NCBI GenBank assembly: GCA_965202665.1
Contig: OZ241841.1
Coordinates: 1,600,001-1,664,000 of the forward strand
DNA: 64,000 nt
Reading direction: 5' to 3'
Origin: Candidatus Spongiisociaceae bacterium
GTDB lineage: Bacteria > Actinomycetota > Acidimicrobiia > Spongiisociales > Spongiisociaceae
Each line of letters starts with the position of its first letter. Position 1 is the stretch's first letter. The position numbers and the translations under genes were made by a program. The notes below the pieces were generated by a model, which was not told where the DNA came from, made no database searches, and saw only the letters and a program-made list of their open reading frames with translations. Shown in pieces: positions 55,201 through 64,000 of the stretch.

Positions 55201-58200
55201 TCAATCCGGCGAGCCTGACCATCCGCGACCAGAATTCCCGGTTCCGACTGGGGATCAGTTCCACCGCGGTGGCGGAGAACGCCGCTCCCGTTTCCCTCAC
55301 CCTCTCCGTTGAGTTTCCCAACGCCCAAAGCTCCGAGTTGACCGAGGAGACGCAGTTTGCGGTCACCGTAACCGGGGACGGGGCGGTGGCGGGAACCGAC
55401 TTCGCCAACATCCCCAACTTCACCATACCGGTGGCGCCCGGGTCCCTGCGGGGGAGCAAGGCGGTGACTTTCACCCCAACCGACGACGCCATTCGCGAAA
55501 CCGCCGCGGAACGGGCCAAGTTCACCGTCTCATGGTTCGGACAGGCGGCCAGCGTCTATGTGGCCATCACCGACAACGACCCCGCCCCGACCGCGATAAA
55601 CATCTACGTGGACACCAGCTCCGACTCCGGATTGCAGACTTCGCTGGCTGAAGACGGGGGCGTGCAGACGGTTACCGTAATCGCCGAATTCGCTTCGGGG
55701 GCGTTGGATTCCGACACCGTCCTGAGGATGGATATTTCAGGCGGTACCGCCCAGCCCACCGCCAACGGCCCTCCGAGAGACTTCTTTTTTAGGGGAGGGA
55801 TTGACAACGACTTAATCATTCCCAAAAACCAGACGCGGGGGACCACTACCTTCCGCATCGAGCCCGTCAATAACGATTGGACTGATCTGTCGGAAAGGAC
55901 GTTGCATGTGGGCCTGCGGGGAACTTCCTATAGGGTCAAACATGCCGTTCTAACTATCCAAGACGATGAGCCGGCCGTTATCAACTTGTCGGTCCGGGCC
56001 GTAAAATGCCAGCCTTCCGACTCCGCGCCGAACTCCCCGGATCGTATGGGGGAAGGGGATGGAACGGTTTGTTTCGAAGTGAGCGGCGCTCTGCCCTCCG
56101 GCGTTGTTGCGGGAGCGGACGTGACGGTGAGCGATCTGACTTTCACCGGCGGCACCGCCGTCGCCGGAACCGATTTCACCGCCGCCTTCCCCGACGCCGG
56201 CCGGAAAAACATAAGCATTGGCCGCGGACATGGAGGCCGGGTCACCCCGGCCCGGGTCAACATCACGGCGCTGGACGACTCGGTGAGGGACGAAGGGTTT
56301 GAGACCATCGTCATCCACGGGCGGGCGGCGGGTTACGCCGTGCGTTCCATCGCCGTCAACCTGGGCGACAACGACACCTCCTACAACCTCATCATCCTGA
56401 AAGTGGACGCCGATGCGGCGATAAACGGTTGCCAACCCAGCCTGGGGGAAGGAGTCTCCGGCCAGTCGGTTACCGTCTTCGCCTCCTATGCGAACCCCAA
56501 TTTACGCTTATTCGGCCCGGCCACAATCACCATGTCGGTGGCGGCGGCCGGGGGCGCCCGCCGAGCCGAAGCCAACGACTTCACCGCCGTTCCCAACTTC
56601 ACCATCACCATCCCCAGGGGTCAGGCATCTGCTTCCGGAACTTTCACTTTGACTACCGCCGACGACCAGCGGGTGGAGGGGGCGGAAGATCTGGCCATAA
56701 CCGGAACCGCCTCCAGGTTTATCGTAGCCGGATCGGTGGTGACCATCGACGATGACGACGCCCCGCCCGCCATCGCCCTGCGGGTGGACGCCGACCGGGC
56801 CGTCGACGGAACGCAAACCAGCATCGGGGAGGCCTCCGCCGCGGTAACGGCGCAAGTGACGGCGGAGGTTCCGGGCGGGAAGACCTTCGAGTCGGATGTG
56901 GCCATCACGGTGTCGGTGGACGGCAACGGGGGAACCGGGGAGGCGGAGGCGGCCGACTTTGCGGCGGTGAACGATTTCACGGTTACTATCCCCGCCGGCC
57001 AAAGCAGCGGTTCGGCCACTTTCACTTTGGATCCGGTGGAAGACGACTACGCGGAAGGGGCGGAAACCATCGCCGTTTCCGGAGTGGCCACCACGGCCGG
57101 GGTGAGGATAACCGGCGCCTCCTTGCAGATTGACGACAACGACGCCGCCCCGACGGGGGCCAGCCTGACCGTGGATTTGGACGGCGGGACCCCCGGGTTG
57201 CAGACCGCCATCGGGGAGGGGGACGCGGCGGCCACCGCTACCGTCGCCGTCCGACTGCCGGACGGGTCCAAAACCTTCGAGTCGGACACGGTGGTTACGG
57301 TGACCATCGCCGGGGAGGCAACCGCCGGCAAAGCCGAAGCAGCCGATTTCACCACCGGCCTGTCCAATAACCGGTTGCCGTTGACCATTCCGGCCGGCGG
57401 GCGGGAGGCGTCGGGGACGTTCACGTTGACCATCGTCGACGACCAAGTGGTGGATGTCACCCCGGAAACCATAACCCTGTCCGGTTCCGCCGACCGTTCT
57501 GGTTTGGCGATTACCGGGACCGCCGTCACCATCGACTCCGACAACGATTCCCGGCCCGCCGCCCTTTCCCTGGCCGTTGATACGGATACTTCCACCCCGG
57601 CTGTGCAAACCAGCGTGGCCGAAGGGGCCTCCCGCACCGTGCAAGTGACGGCTTCTTTGCCGTCCGGTTCGGCGACGTTGGAAACCGATACGGAGGTGAC
57701 GGTGACCGTTTCCACCGACGGCGCGGCCACCGCCGAGGCGAACGACTTTTCCACCACCGGTTTGACCAACGGAAATTTGACGGTGACCATTCCCGGAGGT
57801 TCCCGCTCCGCCTCCGCCACTTTCACTTTGGCCGCCGCCGATGACAATGTGGGGGGCGAAGGCGCGGAGACGGTTTTCTTGTCCGGTTCCGCCGCCGGGT
57901 TCACCTCCGCCTCCGCCTCTTTCACTATCACCGACGGCGATCGGATAAGCGTGGCGGTGGAAGGGAATTTGATTTCCTCCACCCAACGCCGGGTTTTGAC
58001 CGCCGCCGAAGGGAGCGGTCCCTATACGGGGGCGCATGTAGGGGTGCGGGTGATGCCGCCCGCTGAGTCGACGAGCCCGCAACTGACGTTCGAGGAGGAC
58101 GCCGTCTTCACGGTGCGCATAACCGCCGACGGGGCGGCCACCGCCGAGGCGGACGATTTTTCCACCGACCAGCCCGGAGATTCCCTGCAGATCACCATTC

Positions 58201-61200
58201 TGGCGGGCCAGGTTGAAGGCAGCGGGACTTTTACGTTGACGGTAACCGACGACGACTGGTACGATGGGGAGGAGACAATCGCCTTGGTCGGTTCCACCGC
58301 CCTGCCGGGGGTGGGGATGGCGCACGGAATGTCCGCATTCTTCACCATAACCGACAACGAAACCGCTCCCGTAATCACTTTGGCCGTGGACACCGACTTG
58401 GTCGTTTTAGGGGAACAGGACTACATCCCGGAGGCGGCGTCAAACCGCAAAGTGAAAGTTACCGCCTCCGTTCCGTCCGGTTCCGCGGATCGGGAGTCGG
58501 ACACGGTGATAAACGTGTCTTCTGCTCCGACCGGGGCCCGCCCCGCCGTGAGCCCGAGCGAATATTCCTTCTCGGCGTGGGGAGACGACGGGTCTATGCA
58601 ATTGACGCTCCCCCGGGGGTCGAACCAGGTTACGGGCTACTTTTCACTTTCTACGTATGGCGATTCAGACACGGAGGGAAGTGAAACTTTTAGCATCACC
58701 GGACAGGCCGCCGGTTTCACTACCAACTCGGCCGTTGTCACCATCGACGACAGCAACAACCCGTCCGTAATCTATCTGCGGGTGGATTTGGATTCCGATG
58801 AGGCTGGGGCGCAGAAGACCGCCGCCGAAGGAACCACGGTTACCGCCAACGTCGCCGTTTCCTTCCCCGTCGGGGCGAGTGCTCTCTCTACGGCCCGGCC
58901 GGTCAGGGTTTCCCTGGTTGGGGCGGGGGGGACGGCCTGGGCGGAAACGACCGACTTTGCGGCCGTCGCCCCGTTTGATGTGACCATTTCTTCGGGCGAC
59001 ACCATCGGGAGGGGGAGTTTCCAACTGCAACTGTTGGACGACGCGGTGGCGGACGTCCTGCCGGAGTTGATAGAGGTGTCCGGCTCCTCCTCGGGATGGA
59101 CGGTGCGCAACGACTTCATCGGCATCGACCAAGACAACGATTCTTTCCCAGAAGTGGACCTCAGCGTGAATCCGCTGTCCTCGGCTGAAGGCGCGGACCC
59201 CGAAGTGACGGTTTCCGCCTCTTTGACCGGTTCGGCGACTTTGGAGGAGGATATTCCGGTGACGGTGTCGGTGGACGGCTCGGCGGGAAGGGGGATGGCC
59301 TCATCGGACGACTTTGACGCGGTAACCGATTTCACGCTGGCCGTCGGCCAAACCAGCCGCACCGGGTCCGCTTCTTTCAATTTGACCGGAACCGATGACA
59401 ACGTGGCCGGGGAAGGTGCGGAGAAGCTGTTGATTAGCGGCTCCGTCCCCTACACGGGCGTGACCGTGACCGTGAACGGGGTGGAAATGACCATCACCGA
59501 CGGCGACTCTTCCCCCACCGTCATCAACCTGAGCGTGGACGCCGATGATGAGACGACCGGCGTGCAATCCTCGGTGACGGAAGGGGCGGCGGCCGCCACC
59601 GTTCGAGTTACGGCTTCTTTCCCGGAAGGGTCGGCGGTTTTGGCCTCTAAAACCACGGTGCGGGTGTCGGTGTCAGGCGGCGGGGGGACCGGACAGGGGG
59701 AGGCGGCCGATTTCACGGCCGTGACCGCCTTCGACCTGGAGATTCCGGCCGGGGCCGACCGCGGATCGGCCACTTTTGCTTTGTCCACCGTCCAAGACGA
59801 CTATGCGGAGGGGGCGGAGACGCTCACCGTGTCGGGAACCGCCTCCGGTTTCACGGTCAACAACGGGTCGGTGACCATCGACGACGACGACGCTCTCGCC
59901 TCTTTCACTCTAAGCGTCGACGCCGACACCGGCGTAAACGGGACGCAGACCGGCCTGGGGGAGGGGTCGGCGGCGAAGACCGCGCAGGTGACCGCCTCCT
60001 TGCCGAATGGTTCTAAAACTTTTGAGTCGGATACGGTGATTACGGTGTCGGTGGACGGCAACGGCGGGGCCGGGGAGGCGGAGGCGGCTGACTTTGCGCC
60101 GGTGACCGATTTTTCGTTGACCGTGGCGGCCGGGGCGACCAGCGGGACGGCCACTTTCACCTTCGATCCGACTGAGGATGATTATGCGGAGGGGACGGAG
60201 AAAATCACCGTGTCGGGAACCACCGCCCGGGCTGGGGTGGGCGTTACCAGCGCCGAGTTGGAAATATCCGACAACGACGCCGCCCCCGCCGCGGCCGTTT
60301 TAACCGTGGATTTGGATGCGGACAACAGCGGGGATCAGGACACGATCGGGGAGGGCGACGCGGCCGTTACCGCGACGGTCAAAGCCGCCCTGCCATCCGG
60401 GTCCAAAACTTTCGAATCGGACACCGCCATCACTGTGACGGTGACCGGGGAGGGAACGAACGGCAAGGCGGAGTCATCGGATTTCAGCACCGACCAGGCC
60501 AACGACTCTTTCAAGGTAACCATCTCCGCCGGCCAAACCAGCGGGTCGGGGACTTTCACTTTGACTATCGCCGATGACAATGTGGCGGATGTCGTTTCGG
60601 AAACCATCACCGTGTCCGGATCCGCCGACCGCGCCGGCCTGTCGGTAACCGGCGACGCCATCACCATCGACTCCGACAACGATACCGGCCCCGCCGCCAT
60701 CAGTTTGGGGGTGGACGCCTCCTCCGATACGGGCGTGCAAACCGCAGTCGCCGAGCAGTCGGCCGCCCATCCCCTTACCGTCTCGGCCTCCTTCCCGAAC
60801 GGGTCCAACGTGTACGAGACCGACACCGTCATCACCCTGTCGGCTACCGGAGTAACCGCCGTAGCCGCCGATTTCAGCCTGGCCTCCACCAGTTCCGGCG
60901 TCACGGTTCTGAAGTTGGCCATCCCCGCCGGTCAGACCACCGTCTCCGACTCCTCCAGTTTCCAGCTGACCGCCGTCGACGACAACATTGCGGAGCAGGC
61001 GGAAACCCTCACTATCGGCGGTTCCGCAACCGGGTTCACCGTCAGCGGCGTTACGATGACCATCAACGACGACGACTCCGCTCCCACCGCCATCAACCTG
61101 AGCCTGGATGTCGATTCGGAAACCGTCGGGGAGCAGACCGAGGTGACCGAAGGGGATGCGGCCACCGCGGTGACGGTGAAAGCCTCCTTGGCCGGTTCGG

Positions 61201-64000
61201 TGGTTTTGACCACGGCCACGGTGGTGAAAGTGACGGTCGCCGGGACGAGCGCCTCCGCCGCCGACTTCACCGCCGTCCCCTCCTTTAACATCACCATTCC
61301 CGCCGGCTCTTCTTCCGCTACCGGAACTTTCACTTTGACGGTCGCTGATGACAACATCGTGGAAAGCTCGGAGAGCCTGACCGTGTCCGGAACCACCGCC
61401 GCCGCCGGTTTCACCGCCGTCAACGGGGCCGCCCTGACCATCGCCGACAACGACGCCGCTCCCACCAGCATCATCCTCACCCTCAACCCGGCCAGCGTGG
61501 GGGAAGACGACGGGGCCACCTCCATCGATGTCACGGCTTCTTTCCCGGCCGGGTCGCCGGCGTTGACCACCGCCACGGTGGCGACGGTGTCGGTGGCCGG
61601 TTCCACCGCTACTTCGGGTACCGATTTCGGGGCGGTGAGTTCCTTCAATGTTTCCATAGCCGCCGGGGCGACCAGCGGGATGGGGACTTTCACTTTTACG
61701 CCCACTAACGATACGGTGGCGGGGGAGGGGACGGAAACGGCCACCGTGTCCGGCGCCGCCGCTGGTTTCTCTTTCACCAACGCCGCCCTGTCCATCGCCG
61801 ACAACGACGCCAAACCTTCCAACATAATTCTCACCGTGGACACCGACGGCGAAACGACGGGCGACCAGTCCGAAGTGGCCGAGGACGCCGGTTCCGTCAC
61901 CGTGTCCGTCACGGCGGCCTTGCCGGCCGGTTCCCCCACTTTGGCCTCCGCCACCGAAATCACGGTGAAACTGGTCGGAGAAGCCCCTCGGGAAGGAGCG
62001 GTAGATGAGAGAGATGTGGTTTTGGGGTTGGCGAAAGGCAAAACAGCCCATGCCACCGGATACGACTATTCCTCCAACAAGACCAATGACACTTTCACTA
62101 TCACCATTCCCGCCGGAAGCCTCAGCCATTCCGGTGATTTCACCTTGACCGTGGAAGATGACTCGTTGCAGGAGGGTTCGGAAACATTCAAAGTGACCGG
62201 GTCGGCTACCGGGTTTATGTTCAACTCTTCTCCTACAGTGACCATCACCGACAACGAGACTTCCAGCATCAGCCTATTTTTCAGCGACAATAGGGGTGAA
62301 CGATATCCGTTTAGCTACGCCGATCTTTTACAGGAAGGGATACATACGCGTACAGATGTTCCCTATTGGCCCGGGGGTGTCCCCCAGATTCCTTTCACTA
62401 TTCAGGTGATGACTTCTAAGGCCGTCGGGGAAACGTACCGCGATATAAATGTCATAACATCCGGGGCGGCCAAAGGTGGCGTCGATACCGACACTTCCCG
62501 CGACTACACTTTGTATTGGGCGGAATACACCCCCAACGGACGTTTTCGCATCCAACGGGGAGCAAAGGTTTCCCTATACGGCGGTGATACACAAGTACCG
62601 ACCCAGGCTATCCGAATCTACGACGACAATATCGCGGAAGGCGATGAGACCATCATTTTAACGGGGCGTAGCAGCACTGGAAGCAGCAACACGTTGACGT
62701 TTACCATCAAAGACAACGATGTGGCCCCGACTGTTATCAACTTGGCGGTGGACACCAACATTTCCACTTCCGCCGTCAGTGAAACTTCCCTGATGGAGGG
62801 AGATTCGGCTACTACGGTGGAAGTCACCGCCTCTTTCCCCGCCAACTCGGCGGTGTTGCCCCACCCCACCACGGTGGCGGTGTCGGTTGCCGACAACACC
62901 GCCACCTCCCGCGACCATTTAGCGGTCCCCTCTTTCAATGTGGTCATCCCCGCCTTGAAATCCTCGGGGTCGGCCAGATTTACGTTCACCCTGGTGGACG
63001 ATGCGATTGTGGAAGGTTCGGAAACCTTGGATATAACCGGGGCGGTCAGCGGGTTCACCGTCAATTCGGCGATGATAACCATCAAAGACAACGAAACCAT
63101 CACCTTGAGCGTGGATACCGACGGAACCGAGGATGGCGACCAGACGGCGGTGGACGAAGGAGCCACCGACCAGACGGTGACCGTCACCGCCGCCTTCGAC
63201 GCCGACCAGACGGTGTTGACCGGAGCCACCGCGGTTACCGCGTCGGTGGCGGGCGGCGGAACCGATCCGGCTTCCGCGTCCGATTACACGGCGGTAAACG
63301 ATTTCACCATCACCATCCCCGCCGGAAGTTTGTCCGCTACCGCCACCTTCGACCTGACCGCCGCCGCCGACAACATCGCCGGGGAAGGGACGGAAACCCT
63401 GAGCGTCTCCGGAGCGTTGACCGGCTACACCATAAACGGCGCCGCCATTTCCATCAACGACCTCACCGCCGCCCCCAACCAATTGGTTTTCACTTTGGAC
63501 GCCGACACCGGTACCAGCGGAAACCAGACCAGCATCGGGGAGGGGATCGCCAACCGGACGGTGCAAGTGTCAGCCGCCTTCCCGGTCGGTTCCACCGTTT
63601 GGGAAAGCGACCTGTCCATTCCGGCGACGGTGGGGGCGGGTACCGCCGAAAGCGCCGATTATTCGGTGACCGGCGGGACCTTCAACCTGACCATTCCGGG
63701 CGGGGGAACCTCCTCCAACGCCAAGACTTTCACCCTCACCACCGTCGACGACAACGTGGCGGGGGAAACCGACGCCCTGTCGGTGGGATCCTCTTTGGCC
63801 GGATACACGGTCACGCCCGCCTCTCTCACCATCACCGACGCCGACTCCAAACCGACGCAGATCACTTTGAGCGCCGCCACCACCCATCAGACGGCCGACG
63901 ATTCGGTGGAGGAAGGAACCAGCGATACGGTGACGGTGACCGCCGCTTTCACAGGGTCCATAGTGTTGGAAACAGCCTTGTCGGCGCCGGTCGTCGTCGC
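52242..64000 (+). CDS. Giant secreted Calx-beta repeat surface protein/adhesin (>3,900 aa, truncated by the window end)
   Basis: Signal peptide MIRSSYSIRRRLAACGLAVLMGFSTA; many repeats of DF..V.DFTVTIPAG..SG..TF.L...DD..EG.ET...SG......VTI.DND; same frame at start and end. Absent from the ORF track, consistent with no in-window stop. Confidence 0.9.
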   Translation, partial: MIRSSYSIRRRLAACGLAVLMGFSTAIGPAQSPVAASGVPGAESAADSESPLPPDPAPQPPAPGESEPGDGGDEGGAGDPGGDPQPEEGVGGQPGDDGQPGDGNEEPTGEEQQSAPALVLSVDSDPEAEGDQTRVEEGRAALFIVSAAFAENRPGLEEDVVVTVSVGGQGGVGQAEVEDFNAVEDFTVTIPAGQTVGWAEFTLEAIDDLVVEGEETVDVTGTAESYGITDVTGALVTIVDNDSDQPPTPPPAPPADLIVSGQADPAVAVSLSVDAQAASGEQAYVEEGEQRTVTVKAVLPDGESGLAEAATFTVAIAADTAENSDFTAPASASVTIAAGQTSGTATFTFQAAADTVLEGPETVSLTSTLAGYSVSPASLTIKDEDAAFTVTANPTAVGESAGATSIGLTVSFPNAVTSELAEQTQISFSAAGDGAAAGTDFAAISDFTAALAASAVTASATATITPVDDVIDETSPERVNFTGSLFGRTASAAVAITDDDDTPAVINLATDVSSASGEQTVLAENAGATSVTVSAEFASGTAVETDTVLSLRMSQPVSTDFSLTIPKNQVRGTASVSVTPADNNRAGDAPQTVTVSLRGTSSYTVNQAEFTIEDDEEAVVNLQALPCNPESAIVSEGGSQNACWLLSARLPTGTVAANTVTVRELNFTAGTATYGSDADFNVIYPGSPQGTQDYVRIPANSNGSNRNALFNIAVVDDSVRDEGAETIVIGGKADQGFTVRTASINIYDNDNSPNRINLVVDGSDTFHGSQPSVPEGSANQRVKVTAVYADRTARSSATAVTVSVAGAGGAYGAEAADFTAVNDFTVTIPANQISGDATFDLTTVDDDLLEGPEDMSLSGSATGFTVNGTKLIIDDNETTPTVDLSVDAQPAVGAQSYVDEGSTRTVTVTAAVPVGAAALTSAATFTVAIAADTAEAGDFTVPATVDVTIAANARSGTAVVSFQAAADTVLEGPETVSFTSSLAGYAVNPASLTIRDQNSRFRLGISSTAVAENAAPVSLTLSVEFPNAQSSELTEETQFAVTVTGDGAVAGTDFANIPNFTIPVAPGSLRGSKAVTFTPTDDAIRETAAERAKFTVSWFGQAASVYVAITDNDPAPTAINIYVDTSSDSGLQTSLAEDGGVQTVTVIAEFASGALDSDTVLRMDISGGTAQPTANGPPRDFFFRGGIDNDLIIPKNQTRGTTTFRIEPVNNDWTDLSERTLHVGLRGTSYRVKHAVLTIQDDEPAVINLSVRAVKCQPSDSAPNSPDRMGEGDGTVCFEVSGALPSGVVAGADVTVSDLTFTGGTAVAGTDFTAAFPDAGRKNISIGRGHGGRVTPARVNITALDDSVRDEGFETIVIHGRAAGYAVRSIAVNLGDNDTSYNLIILKVDADAAINGCQPSLGEGVSGQSVTVFASYANPNLRLFGPATITMSVAAAGGARRAEANDFTAVPNFTITIPRGQASASGTFTLTTADDQRVEGAEDLAITGTASRFIVAGSVVTIDDDDAPPAIALRVDADRAVDGTQTSIGEASAAVTAQVTAEVPGGKTFESDVAITVSVDGNGGTGEAEAADFAAVNDFTVTIPAGQSSGSATFTLDPVEDDYAEGAETIAVSGVATTAGVRITGASLQIDDNDAAPTGASLTVDLDGGTPGLQTAIGEGDAAATATVAVRLPDGSKTFESDTVVTVTIAGEATAGKAEAADFTTGLSNNRLPLTIPAGGREASGTFTLTIVDDQVVDVTPETITLSGSADRSGLAITGTAVTIDSDNDSRPAALSLAVDTDTSTPAVQTSVAEGASRTVQVTASLPSGSATLETDTEVTVTVSTDGAATAEANDFSTTGLTNGNLTVTIPGGSRSASATFTLAAADDNVGGEGAETVFLSGSAAGFTSASASFTITDGDRISVAVEGNLISSTQRRVLTAAEGSGPYTGAHVGVRVMPPAESTSPQLTFEEDAVFTVRITADGAATAEADDFSTDQPGDSLQITILAGQVEGSGTFTLTVTDDDWYDGEETIALVGSTALPGVGMAHGMSAFFTITDNETAPVITLAVDTDLVVLGEQDYIPEAASNRKVKVTASVPSGSADRESDTVINVSSAPTGARPAVSPSEYSFSAWGDDGSMQLTLPRGSNQVTGYFSLSTYGDSDTEGSETFSITGQAAGFTTNSAVVTIDDSNNPSVIYLRVDLDSDEAGAQKTAAEGTTVTANVAVSFPVGASALSTARPVRVSLVGAGGTAWAETTDFAAVAPFDVTISSGDTIGRGSFQLQLLDDAVADVLPELIEVSGSSSGWTVRNDFIGIDQDNDSFPEVDLSVNPLSSAEGADPEVTVSASLTGSATLEEDIPVTVSVDGSAGRGMASSDDFDAVTDFTLAVGQTSRTGSASFNLTGTDDNVAGEGAEKLLISGSVPYTGVTVTVNGVEMTITDGDSSPTVINLSVDADDETTGVQSSVTEGAAAATVRVTASFPEGSAVLASKTTVRVSVSGGGGTGQGEAADFTAVTAFDLEIPAGADRGSATFALSTVQDDYAEGAETLTVSGTASGFTVNNGSVTIDDDDALASFTLSVDADTGVNGTQTGLGEGSAAKTAQVTASLPNGSKTFESDTVITVSVDGNGGAGEAEAADFAPVTDFSLTVAAGATSGTATFTFDPTEDDYAEGTEKITVSGTTARAGVGVTSAELEISDNDAAPAAAVLTVDLDADNSGDQDTIGEGDAAVTATVKAALPSGSKTFESDTAITVTVTGEGTNGKAESSDFSTDQANDSFKVTISAGQTSGSGTFTLTIADDNVADVVSETITVSGSADRAGLSVTGDAITIDSDNDTGPAAISLGVDASSDTGVQTAVAEQSAAHPLTVSASFPNGSNVYETDTVITLSATGVTAVAADFSLASTSSGVTVLKLAIPAGQTTVSDSSSFQLTAVDDNIAEQAETLTIGGSATGFTVSGVTMTINDDDSAPTAINLSLDVDSETVGEQTEVTEGDAATAVTVKASLAGSVVLTTATVVKVTVAGTSASAADFTAVPSFNITIPAGSSSATGTFTLTVADDNIVESSESLTVSGTTAAAGFTAVNGAALTIADNDAAPTSIILTLNPASVGEDDGATSIDVTASFPAGSPALTTATVATVSVAGSTATSGTDFGAVSSFNVSIAAGATSGMGTFTFTPTNDTVAGEGTETATVSGAAAGFSFTNAALSIADNDAKPSNIILTVDTDGETTGDQSEVAEDAGSVTVSVTAALPAGSPTLASATEITVKLVGEAPREGAVDERDVVLGLAKGKTAHATGYDYSSNKTNDTFTITIPAGSLSHSGDFTLTVEDDSLQEGSETFKVTGSATGFMFNSSPTVTITDNETSSISLFFSDNRGERYPFSYADLLQEGIHTRTDVPYWPGGVPQIPFTIQVMTSKAVGETYRDINVITSGAAKGGVDTDTSRDYTLYWAEYTPNGRFRIQRGAKVSLYGGDTQVPTQAIRIYDDNIAEGDETIILTGRSSTGSSNTLTFTIKDNDVAPTVINLAVDTNISTSAVSETSLMEGDSATTVEVTASFPANSAVLPHPTTVAVSVADNTATSRDHLAVPSFNVVIPALKSSGSARFTFTLVDDAIVEGSETLDITGAVSGFTVNSAMITIKDNETITLSVDTDGTEDGDQTAVDEGATDQTVTVTAAFDADQTVLTGATAVTASVAGGGTDPASASDYTAVNDFTITIPAGSLSATATFDLTAAADNIAGEGTETLSVSGALTGYTINGAAISINDLTAAPNQLVFTLDADTGTSGNQTSIGEGIANRTVQVSAAFPVGSTVWESDLSIPATVGAGTAESADYSVTGGTFNLTIPGGGTSSNAKTFTLTTVDDNVAGETDALSVGSSLAGYTVTPASLTITDADSKPTQITLSAATTHQTADDSVEEGTSDTVTVTAAFTGSIVLETALSAPVVV

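Noticed and set aside
52260-63887. Numerous minus-strand ORFs over the giant gene
   Set aside because: Antisense shadows of the + strand Calx-beta ORF.

Overview
High-GC actinobacterial chromosome segment. Gene content and order (disA-carD-ispD-ispF-cysS-rlmB, rpsF-ssb-rpsR-rplI-dnaB) fit Actinomycetota, probably Acidimicrobiia; the giant Calx-beta protein suggests, by inference only, a host-associated lineage. The window holds housekeeping genes, a complete type I-G (I-U) CRISPR-Cas locus (csb1-csb2-cas3-csb3-cas4/cas1-cas2 plus a 61-repeat array) next to tRNA-Lys, an endonuclease IV-PrimPol fusion, an 11-subunit complex I operon lacking nuoEFG, and the first ~3,900 codons of a giant Calx-beta repeat surface protein. 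The strongest hidden signal is upstream of the cas operon. A solitary, divergently oriented pseudo-repeat is followed by a 15-nt guide that matches the cas promoter/TSS with mismatches only at positions 6 and 12, suggesting Cascade autorepression. The same region carries a DNA-damage-type TGTCAC-N10-(-10) promoter motif shared with dnaB and ssb. Other oddities: an unannotated 56-aa repeat peptide gene embedded in the array trailer, a CarD with an H1-like tail and two CarD modules, and poly-C tracts suggestive of phase variation. All counts, alignments and GC impressions were made by eye.
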